From: Synechococcus sp.
GTDB taxonomy: Bacteria; Cyanobacteriota; Cyanobacteriia; Thermostichales; PCC-7336
Assembly: GCA_051439605.1 (NCBI GenBank)
Contig: JBFRWN010000044.1
Location: forward strand, 96,249-160,248
Direction: 5' to 3'
DNA length: 64,000 nucleotides
Positions 1 to 12,899 of the stretch are shown piece after piece (positions within the stretch are counted from its first letter, which is position 1; each line of letters opens with the position of its first letter). Below the pieces are notes generated by a model. That model saw only the letters and a list, made by a program, of their open reading frames with translations, ran no database searches and was not told the origin of the DNA. A program made the translations under genes and the position numbers.

Positions 1-58
1 CCACCCAAGTGTCTAGCTCCTTGAGTAACTGGCGGCGAAAGCGCTGTTTTGCAGCCAT
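1..58 (-). CDS. 5' end of a gene running off the window, possibly a DUF2157-type membrane protein
   Basis: ATG at 58 with GGAGGAG about 8 nt upstream; translation MAAKQRFRRQLLKELDTWV resembles the 'FRRQL...W' start of cyanobacterial DUF2157 proteins. Only 19 codons are visible. Confidence 0.35.
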   Translation of the reverse strand, partial: MAAKQRFRRQLLKELDTWV

Positions 59-297
59 AGCAAAGCTCTCCTCCCGCATCGGGACTTGGACTGAGCCCAT
101 TGTGACTGCAGGACTGCCAGCTGTCTGGGAGGTGAGTGCCAATTTTCAAATTGGCCGTGTTTCAGAGGCAGAGTCCCTGAAGTCCTCGGATGGGAACCTC
201 GGTCGAGTGTTCGCTAGCCGCTCCCTTTAAAATCAATTTAGAGGCTATTGTGTTAAACGCTGGGTAGCCTTTTGGTTTGGCGACTGTGGGGATTTAG

Positions 298-1017
298 ATG
301 ATGGCAAAACTGAGAAGTATCAAACGCGGTGCCAGCACCATCCAGATGGTGGGTCTAGGCATGGGAGTTCTGGCGATCGCAGGGTTTGGGTTGCTGCCAT
401 TCCTGGGATCGAATGGGGGAAATCCATCGGGTCCACAAGCAGAAGAGCGGCAGGAACTGATCTCTCAATATCTCGAGGAGAATGGCTTTGCCGCGATCGT
501 GGGCGACTCCCCCCGTAAAGGGGCTGAAAATCCAAAAGTCATCCTATTTGAGTTTTCCGATTTCCAATGTCCCTTTTGTGCCCAAGCGGCACCAGCTGTT
601 GCGGAGTTGCTTGCAAAACATGGTGACACGGTCTTGGTGGTTTACAAGCATCTTCCACTCGCACAAATTCATCCCGAAGCTGTCCCCGCAGCCCGTGCTT
701 CTTGGGCGGCGGAACAACAGGGGAAGTTTTGGGAATATCACGATGCATTATTTGCCAATCAAGAAGCTCTAGGGGACGATCTCTACGTTCAGATAGCAGA
801 AGAACTGGAACTGGATATCGAGCGATTCAATGAAGATCGTGACAGTCGCGAATCTCGTGCTGCGATCGAGACAGACTTAGCGCTTACCCGCGAGCTGCAG
901 CTTAACAGTACCCCCACTTTTGTGATGAACAACGTCCTACTTCCCCCCGTTCTCCCTAGCCTGGAGCTATTTGAGGACGTCCTAGAGACGTTGGAAAATC
1001 AAGAGCCCAATAGTTAG
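298..1017 (+). CDS. DsbA-family thioredoxin-fold oxidoreductase with N-terminal membrane anchor
   Basis: EFSDFQCPFC (CxxC) motif, YKHLPL, STPTF cis-Pro loop, N-terminal hydrophobic segment. Confidence 0.9.
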   Translation: MMAKLRSIKRGASTIQMVGLGMGVLAIAGFGLLPFLGSNGGNPSGPQAEERQELISQYLEENGFAAIVGDSPRKGAENPKVILFEFSDFQCPFCAQAAPAVAELLAKHGDTVLVVYKHLPLAQIHPEAVPAARASWAAEQQGKFWEYHDALFANQEALGDDLYVQIAEELELDIERFNEDRDSRESRAAIETDLALTRELQLNSTPTFVMNNVLLPPVLPSLELFEDVLETLENQEPNS

Positions 1018-1079
1018 GTACTAGTGAATGACTGTTGGATAGACATCCCTTCTGTCTCTCATTGGGTAGCACTTCAGAT

Positions 1080-2585
1080 TTACAGCAGCCCCAGATCCGG
1101 CAACCAATCGCTAGCAAACGTTCGCGCTGTTCGGTTGAGAGATCGCAACAGCTCTACGTGAGGTTCATCCGGTTCAACAGGGATAATGTTGGCCTGCGTT
1201 CCCATCCCCATTCGATCGATCGCAAGGTTGGCCGCTTCAAGCCCCGTCACTAGAGCTTTTTCCTGCGACCAGGAACCGTGGCGATTGACGATCCAATCGC
1301 CACTCATAAATACATTCGGATAGCTGGTACGGGCAGACAACAAATGTTGATAGCTACCAGGGGCAAAGTGGGTTACCCCCCGCTGCACGCGGATGACTGT
1401 ACTGTCTATCACCCGAGCTGAGGCAAACTCTGGAACGCAGGTAGCCAAATCTTTGTGAACTTTCCGAACTATCTGCTCGTCGCTCATGGGTAGAAGCTGA
1501 TTGGCATGATAAAAATCTGCCTCAATGACACTACCGGGAGAGCCAGAAAATTCATCGTGGAGTTCGTTTAGATCGAAGAATGTCCAACCTGTGGTGTTAT
1601 CGAAGCCAAAACAGGCATTGGATGGCAGCGGTACGGACACTTTGCGATCGAACCACAGGCGAGTTGCCATCACGTCAATCGAACGCAGATTCATGACGTC
1701 TAAAAATTCCTGCCTTTGTCGCAGGCTCTGACTGCCCGAGATAATCGCCTGCATACCGCTGATGCCTACGGAAAAAATAACGGCATCGGCATCAAAGGTT
1801 GTCTCCCCACAAACCACCCCTTTAGCCTCGCCGCGATCGTCAAGAGCAATATCTGTCACCCGTTGCTGGGTGAGGACTTTCCCTCCTAAGTACTCAATTT
1901 TTTCCACAAGAGGCTGGAAAATCAGCTCACCAATCGTGCCCCGACACCACACCACATCAAAGTCAGACTGATGGGCAAGGATGAAGTAATAGAGCATCCC
2001 CAATGCCGCCGCTGCCGAGCATTGTTCTCCAGGGGCAAACAACCCCACCAACAACATAGGCTCAAATGCTGCTTTGTAGAGACGTTCCGAAACCCCATAC
2101 TGTTTAAAGAGTTCTCGGGCGGTCAGACAATCGTAGCGACGCCAGGCATCATCAGAATTATCGAAGTCAATTGCGGCGTATAGCAGAGGTAAAGCAGTGA
2201 GGCGATCGCTCAACGGTAATCGTTTGAAATCCGTATAAACGAATGTCCCCAGCGGGGCAGGCAAGCGAGGCATATCTTGAAACAGAGGAGACTCAACCTC
2301 TAGCCCAAGAGGAGAGTATTGAGAGGAGCGAGTGTAAGGAGTAAATGGCTTCAGACCCAGCTCGTCCACCAAGCTAAAAATATTGAAGTAGGGATACCAA
2401 AATCCGTGAATGCCCCCCTCCACCGATCGTCCATCAGGCGTTTTCCAACCAGCTGCTAGCCCCCCCGGCTGCTTGCTTGCCTCAAGAAGCGTGACATCGT
2501 ATCCCTGTTTAGCAAGATGAAACGTTGCTCCTAAGCCAGCCCATCCTGCACCAACCACAACGACTTTTGGTGGAAAGGTCATCAT
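1080..2585 (-). CDS. FAD-dependent oxidoreductase, amine oxidase/phytoene desaturase-like family
   Basis: VVVVGAGWAGL dinucleotide fold, LLEAS..PGG, GIHGFW and C-terminal SGDW..SQEKA motifs. Confidence 0.85.
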   Translation of the reverse strand: MMTFPPKVVVVGAGWAGLGATFHLAKQGYDVTLLEASKQPGGLAAGWKTPDGRSVEGGIHGFWYPYFNIFSLVDELGLKPFTPYTRSSQYSPLGLEVESPLFQDMPRLPAPLGTFVYTDFKRLPLSDRLTALPLLYAAIDFDNSDDAWRRYDCLTARELFKQYGVSERLYKAAFEPMLLVGLFAPGEQCSAAAALGMLYYFILAHQSDFDVVWCRGTIGELIFQPLVEKIEYLGGKVLTQQRVTDIALDDRGEAKGVVCGETTFDADAVIFSVGISGMQAIISGSQSLRQRQEFLDVMNLRSIDVMATRLWFDRKVSVPLPSNACFGFDNTTGWTFFDLNELHDEFSGSPGSVIEADFYHANQLLPMSDEQIVRKVHKDLATCVPEFASARVIDSTVIRVQRGVTHFAPGSYQHLLSARTSYPNVFMSGDWIVNRHGSWSQEKALVTGLEAANLAIDRMGMGTQANIIPVEPDEPHVELLRSLNRTARTFASDWLPDLGLL

Positions 2586-2667
2586 CGACTCCTAGGGGCA
2601 AAATTCAAACACTGTGGCAGCCTAACAAACAGCTGGAGGTCTTTGCTACGGCGACCACCAAGCTAAG

Positions 2668-2693
2668 AAAAAAGGCCCAGAGAACCGGGCCTT
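2668..2693 (-). terminator. Intrinsic terminator downstream of atpD
   Basis: AAGGCCC-N8-GGGCCTT hairpin followed on the minus strand by a T-run, about 37 nt after the atpD stop. Confidence 0.75.
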
Positions 2694-2730
2694 GCAACAT
2701 AAGAAGGTATGCTTTAACGTCTAAGGCAGC

Positions 2731-4242
<1,512 letters not shown>

Positions 4243-4354
4243 TCACCTCAAAGTAGTGTGGCTAAGCGTGCTCACCATTAGCCGCTGACTAGGCTATCAT
4301 CAGACGTTACCTCGGTAAACGTTCGGAAACCCAATCAGCAGCGAACGACAGGCC

Positions 4355-5374
4355 TTAGCCCTGCCACGTGGCAGCCATGTGCTCTGCCAAATCAACGACC
4401 CGCTGAGAATAACCCCACTCGTTGTCGTACCAAGCCATCAGCTTAACTAGATCGCCACCTAGAACCGAGGTCAGAGGGGCATCAACGACAGAAGAACAGT
4501 CTGCACGGCGGTAGTCAATGGAAACCAGGGGCAGTTCGGAATAGCCCAGAATACCGGACAGACCGTTTTCAGATGCTTCTTTCAGAGCACGATTGACTTC
4601 CTCTGCAATGACTTTCTTCTCAGTTTGAACCACCAAGTCAACCAGAGAAACGTTAGGGGTCGGAACGCGAACGGCCAAACCGCCCAGCTTGCCTTTCAGT
4701 TCGGGCAACACCAGTGCTACTGCAGTTGCAGCACCAGTGGTGGTGGGAACGATGCTCAAGGCAGCTGCACGAGCACGACGCAAGTCACGGTGGGTGTTAT
4801 CGAGCAGGCGCTGGTCACCCGTGTAGCTGTGGGTGGTGGTCATGGTGCCTCGAACAACACCGAACTTCTCCAGAATCACCTTCATGATGGGAGCGAGGCA
4901 GTTGGTGGTGCAGCTAGCGTTGCTAACAACAATGTCGCCAACGGGGTCGTAGTCAGTGTGATTAACTCCGTAGACGTAGGTAGAAACGTTCGAGCCTTTG
5001 GCAGGGGCAGTAATCATGACTTTCTTCGCGCCAGCTTCGATGTGGCGAGAAGCACTTTCGTAGGTTCGGAAAACGCCGGTAGATTCAATAATTAGGTCAA
5101 TGCCCATGTCCTTCCAAGGAAGGTTATTGGGGTTGCGATCGGACACAACAGGAATTGCCTTGTCGCCCAAGATGAGCTTGCCGTCTTTGGCTGCAATATC
5201 AATGCCTTCCAACTTGCCCAGGATAGAGTCATACTTCAGCAAGTGTGCACTAGTACTAGCGTCGCCAGTGTCATTGATGGCTGCAATTTCGATGCCAGAG
5301 TTCTCTCTGGATAACCAGCATCGTAAAAAGTTACGACCGATGCGACCAAATCCGTTAATGGCTACCTTAATCAC
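4355..5374 (-). CDS. gap2: Glyceraldehyde-3-phosphate dehydrogenase, cyanobacterial NAD(P)-dependent Gap2 type
   Basis: [25 protein letters not shown] catalytic motif, [23 protein letters not shown]-loop, [11 protein letters not shown]. Confidence 0.95.
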   Translation of the reverse strand: MIKVAINGFGRIGRNFLRCWLSRENSGIEIAAINDTGDASTSAHLLKYDSILGKLEGIDIAAKDGKLILGDKAIPVVSDRNPNNLPWKDMGIDLIIESTGVFRTYESASRHIEAGAKKVMITAPAKGSNVSTYVYGVNHTDYDPVGDIVVSNASCTTNCLAPIMKVILEKFGVVRGTMTTTHSYTGDQRLLDNTHRDLRRARAAALSIVPTTTGAATAVALVLPELKGKLGGLAVRVPTPNVSLVDLVVQTEKKVIAEEVNRALKEASENGLSGILGYSELPLVSIDYRRADCSSVVDAPLTSVLGGDLVKLMAWYDNEWGYSQRVVDLAEHMAATWQG

Positions 5375-5817
5375 TGACCTTTTTCCTTACGTCTTATTAA
5401 TCGGCGTTGCTGTCCAGCACATCATATCGCAATCACCATGCAATCTATAGATTGAATTTGGGATCTTGATAGAGTGCATTCCGAGTATCTCGGAGTGACG
5501 ATTGCTCGTTAATGTCTTTGCTTGACTGGCTATTGACCATCAAGACACTGGAGATATTCTCTATTGCCAACTGCATTTAATCAAGATTTGTACCTATTGC
5601 GGAACGAACGCACATGTTGTGCTACCCAGCTTACTTTTCTTGACTGGTGCTCAAAGTCTAGATTGGGCTCCCCAAAGTCCGTATTTTGTCTGGTTTCTCT
5701 TCCCCGCCGGTTACTAGGTGTGGGACGTTCCATTAATCAGCCTATTCTGAAGCTAGTTCTAGCCGCTTTAACTGACTGGACATTGCTCGAAGACAATTTC
5801 TAATCATCCTCCACCTG

Positions 5818-5849
5818 TAAAAATGGCCGCCCAAGTTGACGGGCGACCA
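5818..5849 (-). terminator. Probable intrinsic terminator after leuA
   Basis: TGGCCGCCC-N8-GGGCGACCA imperfect hairpin with an A-run on the + strand (U-run on the minus transcript). Confidence 0.55.
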
Positions 5850-5872
5850 AGATACTCAAGCGCAGATGAGAC

Positions 5873-7528
5873 CTATACCTTTTGGGTGGCCGCCTCCCGT
5901 TGCGACTCGCTGGCGGGGGTGGAATTGAGTGCAAAGTAGAGACGGTTGAGAGCGTTCATATAGGCATTGGAGGACGCCACAATGATGTCGGTATTGGCGG
6001 CATGTCCGGAGAAGGTGCGGCCCAACTCTTCGTGATGCAGGCGAATGGTAACCTCACCGATAGCGTCAATACCAGCAGTAACCGACTGAACAGAATATTC
6101 GATCAAGCGGTTTGGAACTTGTACTAATCGATTGATGGCCTTGTAAACGGCATCCACAGGACCAGTGCCTACCGCTGCGTCGGTAAGTTCTTGGCCTCCA
6201 GGGGTTAATACCGTAACAGTGGCTGTAGGAATCTCGCGATCACCGCAACTTACCTGCACCCGCTCTAACTTAAACAGCTCGGGAATCTGGCGAATTTCGT
6301 CATTGACGATCGCCTCTAAATCTAAATCGCTGATTTCTTTTTTCTTATCCGCCAGCTCTTTGAAACGAATGAAAGCCTTGTTCAGGTCCTGTTCGGACAA
6401 ATCGAAGCCCAGCTCTTGCAGGCGGGTACGAAACGCATTGCGACCGGATAACTTGCCCAACACAATACTGTTGTTTTGCAACCCAATCGTCTGGGCATCC
6501 ATAATTTCGTAAGTTTGACGATGCTTGAGCACACCATCCTGATGAATGCCGGATTCGTGGGAGAAGGCATTAGCCCCCACAATCGCTTTGTTGGGCTGCA
6601 CCAACATCCCCGTTAGCTTCGACACCATCCGAGAGGTGCGATAAATTTCCTGGGTGCGGACATTGGTCAGAGGCTTCTCAGACTCGACCGGCAGACCGAA
6701 GTAGGGGTTGTAGTAAGGACGGCGAACGTGCAACGCCATGACTATCTCTTCCAAAGAAGCGTTTCCTGCCCTCTCTCCAATTCCATTAATGGTGCATTCC
6801 ACCTGACGGGCACCGTTTTTGATGGCTTCAAGGAAATTGGCTACCGCCACCCCTAAATCGTCATGACCGTGGACGGAAATAATCGCGTCATCGGCATTCG
6901 GGACATGCTCGCGAATACCGCGAATCAGACGGCCAAATTCTTCTGGCATCGTGTAGCCAACGGTATCGGGAATGTTGATGGTTTTAGCACCAGCTTGAAT
7001 GGCCGTATCTAATACCTGGTACAAAAATTCGGGGTCAGAGCGGCCCGCATCTTCGGGAGAAAACTCTACGTCGGGGATTAAGGACGCAGCGTGAGACACC
7101 ATTTCCTCTACCGTCGCCAATACCTCTAAACGAGACTTGCGCAGCTTGTACTGCATGTGGATATCAGAAGTGGCAATGAAGGTATGAATTCGCCCTTTAG
7201 CGGCAGGAGCAAGGGCTTTGGCTGCAGTTTCAATGTCGTGGCGGGTGGCACGGGCAAGACCGCAAATGGTAGGGCCATCTTCTTTGCCCACCTCTTCAGC
7301 AATAGCCTGGACGGCAGCAAAATCTCCAGGGCTTGCAAATGGAAAGCCCGCTTCGATAATGTCTACCCCCAGTCGAGCTAGCTGGCGGGCGATGGTTAGC
7401 TTTTCTTCCCCATTCAGGGTGGCCCCCGGAGATTGTTCCCCATCCCGAAGAGTCGTGTCAAAAATTAGGACTCGGTCCATCTCTGGGGGAGTTAAAACAT
7501 CACCGGGGTTGGCTACAGCTGGCTCCAT
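5873..7528 (-). CDS. leuA: 2-isopropylmalate synthase
   Basis: [46 protein letters not shown] and C-terminal regulatory domain GTGPVDA. Start taken at ATG 7528 rather than the ORF-track TTG at 7681. Confidence 0.96.
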   Translation of the reverse strand: MEPAVANPGDVLTPPEMDRVLIFDTTLRDGEQSPGATLNGEEKLTIARQLARLGVDIIEAGFPFASPGDFAAVQAIAEEVGKEDGPTICGLARATRHDIETAAKALAPAAKGRIHTFIATSDIHMQYKLRKSRLEVLATVEEMVSHAASLIPDVEFSPEDAGRSDPEFLYQVLDTAIQAGAKTINIPDTVGYTMPEEFGRLIRGIREHVPNADDAIISVHGHDDLGVAVANFLEAIKNGARQVECTINGIGERAGNASLEEIVMALHVRRPYYNPYFGLPVESEKPLTNVRTQEIYRTSRMVSKLTGMLVQPNKAIVGANAFSHESGIHQDGVLKHRQTYEIMDAQTIGLQNNSIVLGKLSGRNAFRTRLQELGFDLSEQDLNKAFIRFKELADKKKEISDLDLEAIVNDEIRQIPELFKLERVQVSCGDREIPTATVTVLTPGGQELTDAAVGTGPVDAVYKAINRLVQVPNRLIEYSVQSVTAGIDAIGEVTIRLHHEELGRTFSGHAANTDIIVASSNAYMNALNRLYFALNSTPASESQREAATQKV

Positions 7529-7892
7529 ATCGAAATCATTCCGACTTTGAGTAGATTTGCTCCATTCTGACACGAACCTCTGGGGGGTGTCGCTAGGACT
7601 CCGGAAGGGGTTCAGTCTTACAACACGATAGCGCTTCAGCGCAAGGGGTGTAGTAAGCGGCATCGCAGTTGTCACAGTCAATTGTGGAGTCTGTGCCCAC
7701 CAAATTCACCTCAGTCACCTCAGGAAGTAGATATCAAGAGAAAGGCTCTGACTGGAATAACTTTCCACTGGTGAAATAAGCCTTAATCCAAGTTCAAGGC
7801 CCAGGCTGTATGCTGGCCTTAAGAGATTTAGCGCCACTGTTTTCCCTGGACTTTATCGCTTTGCTTGCATCAGTTGTTGTGTCTTTCTATCC

Positions 7893-8333
7893 ATGCATCT
7901 CCCCTCATTCATTTGGCTTTGGCGCATTGCCGCCTGGTCGATGGGTTGGACCATGTCCCTTTACCTCGGATTGTTGGTGGTGGGGCTACTTCTGAGGCGG
8001 CAAAGGCTCAATCGCTCTGTACCCTATCGCAAATGGCTACGTCAGCTTCATGTAGGAGCAGGTTTAGTCATGGTACTGCTGATAGTAGTGCTCCTGACAA
8101 TCGGTATCGTTGGCACCTTGGGACACTTTGGCAGTCTAGGGCATTCCTGGCACCTACCAGCTGGGCTAACAGTGGTGGGTCTTGCGATCGCCTCCGCCCT
8201 AACCGGACGTCGTATTAAACCCAAGCATCCCAATACTCGCACCATTCACCTCAGCGTTAACGGTGCATTGGCTTTTGCACTTCTATTAGTCCTGGCCAGC
8301 GGCTGGTCAGTGGTGCAAAAGTATTTGCCCTAG
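7893..8333 (+). CDS. DUF4079-family membrane protein
   Basis: MHLPSFIWLWRIAAWSMG start, four hydrophobic helices with conserved His (LH, GHSWH, IH). Confidence 0.75.
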   Translation: MHLPSFIWLWRIAAWSMGWTMSLYLGLLVVGLLLRRQRLNRSVPYRKWLRQLHVGAGLVMVLLIVVLLTIGIVGTLGHFGSLGHSWHLPAGLTVVGLAIASALTGRRIKPKHPNTRTIHLSVNGALAFALLLVLASGWSVVQKYLP

Positions 8334-8467
8334 CACTGACCGCCCTAAGCGTGTGTTCTAGCAGGATCTAAACTGTGCTAACCCCATTCATGGTTAAGAA
8401 GTCCCAGAGCCCAATAGGAACCTTCAAACATCTGCTTTAGGATGATTGCGGTTTAGCTTCTACGTAC

Positions 8468-9337
8468 ATGACCTATATCGAGTTATCTGGGATTCCCCAC
8501 TACTACGAATGGATCGGCGCGGATGGGGCAACTACCCCCAGCGGAGTTCGTCCCGTCATGGTATTTGTACATGGTTGGGGTAGCTCGGGTCGCTATTGGA
8601 GATCGACAGCTCGAGCACTGGCGGACATCTATGACTGCTTGCTTTACGATCTGCGAGGATTTGGGCGATCGTCGGCCCGCGCACAATCTATGCCGCTCCC
8701 CTTCGCAGACCCCCGCGACGAGGCCTATGCCCTCGAACGTTATGCCGAAGAACTCCTTACATTGCTAAATAACTTAAATCTCGCTCGCGTATCTATACAA
8801 GCCCATTCGATGGGATCTTCTATTGCCGCACTACTGTTGAGCAAAGCTCCCGATCGGGTGGAACGAGCTGTGTTTGCTTGTGGAGGAGTATTTGACTACA
8901 ACCCTGTCACCTTTGGTCTATTCCAAAAAATTGGCGGTTTCGTGGTCCAAATGCGTCCCGATTGGATAGCGCGAATTCCCGGCATGGATCGCATGACCAT
9001 CGCCCGTTTCGTCCACAAAATGCCAAATCGACCCATCCGGCAAGAGTTTTTAGAAGACTACATGTTGGCCGACATCACAGCAGGACTTGGCACTATGTAT
9101 ACCAGTGTCAGCAAACATGCCAGCATTGCCCAACCAGCAGCATTTGCCAAAATTCAGTGCCCTACGCTGATTGTTTCGGGTGAAAAAGATATCATTATCC
9201 CATCCGAACTCGGACAGAAAGCAGCAGCCCTGAATGAAAAGATTTCGCATGCTGAAATCAGCAATGTAGCCCACTTGCCTATGCTGGAGGCATCAGAAGC
9301 ATATCTTGCTATCGTGCGCGATTTTTTGCTGAGCTAG
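8468..9337 (+). CDS. Alpha/beta fold hydrolase
   Basis: FVHGWG, YDLRGFGRS, AHSMG nucleophile elbow, GEKD, AHLPMLE. Confidence 0.9.
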   Translation: MTYIELSGIPHYYEWIGADGATTPSGVRPVMVFVHGWGSSGRYWRSTARALADIYDCLLYDLRGFGRSSARAQSMPLPFADPRDEAYALERYAEELLTLLNNLNLARVSIQAHSMGSSIAALLLSKAPDRVERAVFACGGVFDYNPVTFGLFQKIGGFVVQMRPDWIARIPGMDRMTIARFVHKMPNRPIRQEFLEDYMLADITAGLGTMYTSVSKHASIAQPAAFAKIQCPTLIVSGEKDIIIPSELGQKAAALNEKISHAEISNVAHLPMLEASEAYLAIVRDFLLS

Positions 9338-9583
9338 ATTGCCCGGCCCAATCACAATCGTTGAAGCTCGATAAAGCAGTGTTTCGAATACAGCTTGAGG
9401 TCATGGAGGACCATTCGACGACACTCTATCTACTCGAAAACAACTACTTCCATATGCATCATGCGTTAGAACTGTTCTTTAGCTCACCCACAATCGCTCG
9501 GGACCTCAAAAAATAAAGGGCTAAAGAGTCTCCCACCTGAGATGGCCTTGTGAGACCGTGAAGGGTGAGGTTTTAGATGAACT

Positions 9584-11296
9584 ATGTCTCCAGTCCTGCG
9601 GAACATCAATCGCATGTGGCCTACGTTCAGAAGCATTATTCTAAGTTCTCTATCCGCATCCCTTGCGGCTCTGCTCTGGTCTGCGCCCCCTGTCACTGCT
9701 GCTACCGAAATTAGTGCCTCTCTCGGCCCTGTACAGCGGTCCATTGATGTATCGGACCTAGAAATTTTTATCGAGACTGGCGAAATTCCCCGCAGCCTTA
9801 GATGGTATGCCGATCGCTTTACTCCCGAACAGCTCGCCACACTGCGACAGCTCCTGCAGCAGCCCTTCGAGGTTGACGTGCTCACCATCGACCGGTTCAC
9901 CCGGCTCCCGGCGGGGGAAACGCTGCTGCGGCGGCTATTGGTGTTATTCAACACCGAAGATGCCGAAAGTACTTATAAGTCACTGCGTTCTGCGCTGGTG
10001 TTAGCCGCAGCGCAAGAGGATGGTTTCACGATGGCCAACGTCATTCGCAGCTACCCCCTCACTACCATTCGCATCAACGTCGACAACGTCCTGGCAGGCA
10101 TTGGACAGGCACGAGAACTACTGTTGGATGATGACGCAGCGATCGCCTATCTACAAACCTTAGATACCCAAGCAACAGATGCCCCAGCAACAGAGGCCTC
10201 CCCTAACGCACCGTCCGACTCTTCCGAGACTCGTATCGATCCAGCTGTATTGGCATCGCTGCCCAATCCCCTCGCATCCGGCCCTCTAGCCTGGATTCCC
10301 ACTGTCATCAAATTTAAGAATCCTTTGCGAACCGAAGAAAGTCAGCAGGAGGCCAATCTCTATCTACCGCAGGATGCTAGCCCCCCTGCCCCGCTCGTTG
10401 TCATCTCCCACGGAGTTGGCTCCAGCCGCAATACGTTTGATTATCTGGCTCGTCATCTAGCATCCAAGGGATATGCCGTCGCCACAGTCGAGCATTCAGA
10501 CACCAGTGCCACCCAAGTAGCCAACTACTTTGGAGGTTTTGCCGATCCCCCCTCTCCCGAGCTGTTCTATCAACGGCCGGCAGACATCACTGCTTTGCTC
10601 GATGCCATTGCCGTAGAGCCTGCCTTCGCCCAGCGAATTCGTCTAACAAACGTGGGTTTAGTCGGTCAATCTTTAGGAGGGTACACGGTTCTGGCATCAG
10701 CAGGAGCAGCTCTCGACTTTGCCTACGCAGGCCAGTCTTGCGATCGATTTGATGCGGAACTGCTCCCCTTTAATCTGTCACTGCTGCTTCAATGTAGCCT
10801 GCTGACAATCCCCATCAACGAAGTCCCAATTAAAGACGACCGCATAGGGGCCGTATTGGCAATCAATCCGGTTAGCAGCACTGTGTTTGGGCCTGCTGGT
10901 ATGGCGCAGTTAGACTTACCGGTGATGGTGGTAGCGGGCAATAACGACCTATTTGCTCCTGCAATTCCCGAACAGCTGTTTCCGTTCACTTGGATCGGCA
11001 GCGAGCGCAAGCACCTTGTGATGGTGGAGGGGGGAACCCACTTCTCGTTTTTGTCCGGATTCGAGGAAGGGGTGGTGCAATTGCCAGAGGCAATGATTGG
11101 GCCCAATCCCAACTTGGCCCATCCAGTACTCAATGGTCTGGCCACATCATTTTTTAATGCTTACATTGCAGATCGGCCTGAATTTATCGGATTTCTGGAT
11201 AACCCACCCATCCCTGCCAACAGCCCGTTTGAGTATTTCTTCTCCGATTCGTTATCCACTGCGGAACTTTTGGAGGCATTAGGGCGCAAACAGTAG
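9584..11296 (+). CDS. Secreted DUF1400 plus alpha/beta hydrolase (dienelactone hydrolase-like)
   Basis: Signal peptide ending VTA-A, N-terminal DUF1400-like region, ISHGVG, GQSLGG, GGTHFS. Confidence 0.85.
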   Translation: MSPVLRNINRMWPTFRSIILSSLSASLAALLWSAPPVTAATEISASLGPVQRSIDVSDLEIFIETGEIPRSLRWYADRFTPEQLATLRQLLQQPFEVDVLTIDRFTRLPAGETLLRRLLVLFNTEDAESTYKSLRSALVLAAAQEDGFTMANVIRSYPLTTIRINVDNVLAGIGQARELLLDDDAAIAYLQTLDTQATDAPATEASPNAPSDSSETRIDPAVLASLPNPLASGPLAWIPTVIKFKNPLRTEESQQEANLYLPQDASPPAPLVVISHGVGSSRNTFDYLARHLASKGYAVATVEHSDTSATQVANYFGGFADPPSPELFYQRPADITALLDAIAVEPAFAQRIRLTNVGLVGQSLGGYTVLASAGAALDFAYAGQSCDRFDAELLPFNLSLLLQCSLLTIPINEVPIKDDRIGAVLAINPVSSTVFGPAGMAQLDLPVMVVAGNNDLFAPAIPEQLFPFTWIGSERKHLVMVEGGTHFSFLSGFEEGVVQLPEAMIGPNPNLAHPVLNGLATSFFNAYIADRPEFIGFLDNPPIPANSPFEYFFSDSLSTAELLEALGRKQ

Positions 11297-11457
11297 CGGT
11301 TAACGACAGATTCGATAGACTTGCACAATCTAACTGCCACGCAACCCGCAGGTCTTCAATGCAAAGACGTATGAGTCCTGACTTATTAACCTTTCCTACA
11401 GAAGACGCTAAATCGCGTTCGAATTCCCTGCGTCGAGCCAACAGAAGGTAATCCGTT

Positions 11458-12129
11458 ATGGCCTATCGGTTTCAGTTTCAGGTGATTTGGGATAACTGGG
11501 GTCTTTTTCTGCAGGGGCTGCTCAACACAATTCAATTTTCTGCGCTGGCCATTCTATTGGGTCTAGGTCTAGGCACCGTAGGAGCATTATGCAGGACATC
11601 CAACAATCAGGTTCTTGGAGGGATTGCTACCACCTACGTTGAACTGATTCGCAACACCCCATTCCTCATTCAGCTGCTCTTTATCTTTTTTGGCATTTCC
11701 AGCCTGGGGCCAAGAATCACCTCCGATCGCGCAGCTCTAATCGCCTTGAGCATCAACTTTGGAGCCTATGCCACCGAAATTATTCGGGCTGGCATCAGTG
11801 GCATCGAGCGCGGTCAGCTAGAGGCCGGGCGGTCTTTGGGGCTAAGTCACCTGCAGGTATTCCGCCATGTGGTGCTCAAACCAGCGATTGCCAATAGTTA
11901 TCCTGCCCTCACCAGCCAAATGGTGCTGTTGATGTTGCTCTCCAGTGTCATTTCACAAATCTCGGTGGAGGAGTTGACCTACGTGGGCAATTTTTTGAGA
12001 TCGCGCACCTTTCGAGATTTCGAGATCTACATCGCGATCGCCATCATCTATATCTGTTTGACTCTGGTCTTCAAGCTGATCGCTCAACTACTTTACGGAC
12101 AACTATTTAAATTCACCCGGTACACCTAG
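11458..12129 (+). CDS. Polar amino acid ABC transporter permease
   Basis: YVELIRNTPFLIQL, AYATEIIRAG, GQLEAGRSLG (EAA loop). Confidence 0.93.
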   Translation: MAYRFQFQVIWDNWGLFLQGLLNTIQFSALAILLGLGLGTVGALCRTSNNQVLGGIATTYVELIRNTPFLIQLLFIFFGISSLGPRITSDRAALIALSINFGAYATEIIRAGISGIERGQLEAGRSLGLSHLQVFRHVVLKPAIANSYPALTSQMVLLMLLSSVISQISVEELTYVGNFLRSRTFRDFEIYIAIAIIYICLTLVFKLIAQLLYGQLFKFTRYT

Positions 12130-12153
12130 CGTTGTAGGCGCAAGCGAGCGATT

Positions 12154-12816
12154 GTGAGAGACTTCAGCAACTATCAAATTGTTGTGGCCTTGCTGTGGGC
12201 CACCCGCTGGACGTTACTGCTTTCTGGGGTCGCCTTTTTATGCGGGGGGGTGGCTGGATTTCTCCTGCTGTTAATGAGGATTTCCCCTCGCAAGCTGGTG
12301 CGCTGGCTGAGCCGAGGGTATTCCGAAATTGTGCAGGGGACGCCGTTACTGATTCAGTTTTTGATTACCTTTTTTGGCCTTAGCATTTTAGGGTTGGAAC
12401 TGACCCCTTGGTCAGCGGCAGCGATCGCTCTGACCATATTTACTAGCGCATTTTTGGGGGATATTTGGCGGGGATCGGTGGAAGCCATTCCAGAGGGGCA
12501 ATGGCAGGCCGCTCAGGCACTAAGTCTCAACTATTTTCAACAATTGCAACTGGTTATCTTCCCTCAAGCGTTGCGGCTCTCCATCGCACCAACGGTCGGA
12601 TTCCTAGCGCAAGTGGTGAAGGGAACATCCCTTGCTTCAGCGATCGGATTTGTGGAACTCTCTCGCTCTGCCAGCAATATTACCAACGTGACATTTGAAC
12701 CATTTTTTGTATATTTAACTACCGCATTAATCTATTTTTGTATTTGCTTTCCCCTCTCGTTTTTTAGTCGAAAGCTGGAGAAAAGGTTAGCCTATCCAGT
12801 CACCACAGCGATCTGA
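12154..12816 (+). CDS. Polar amino acid ABC transporter permease
   Basis: QGTPLLIQ, DIWRGSVEAIPEGQWQAAQAL, KGTSLAS. Confidence 0.93.
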   Translation: MRDFSNYQIVVALLWATRWTLLLSGVAFLCGGVAGFLLLLMRISPRKLVRWLSRGYSEIVQGTPLLIQFLITFFGLSILGLELTPWSAAAIALTIFTSAFLGDIWRGSVEAIPEGQWQAAQALSLNYFQQLQLVIFPQALRLSIAPTVGFLAQVVKGTSLASAIGFVELSRSASNITNVTFEPFFVYLTTALIYFCICFPLSFFSRKLEKRLAYPVTTAI

Positions 12817-12899
12817 GATACATTAACCCCTTAGCGAACTAAGTAGGGTCTTTATGCCCTGCCTTTTTGATTTCAGTTCAAGTTTAGGGACATCTTAAT

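Noticed and set aside
4625..5095. Long antisense ORFs over gap2 and other genes (e.g. 50589-51140, 15142-15609, 9484-9954)
   Set aside because: Shadow frames of well-supported genes on the opposite strand with no motifs of their own.
7529..7681. leuA N-terminal extension or Leu attenuator leader
   Set aside because: No Leu-rich leader peptide with a start codon and no terminator/antiterminator pair; the extension is probably just an open frame.
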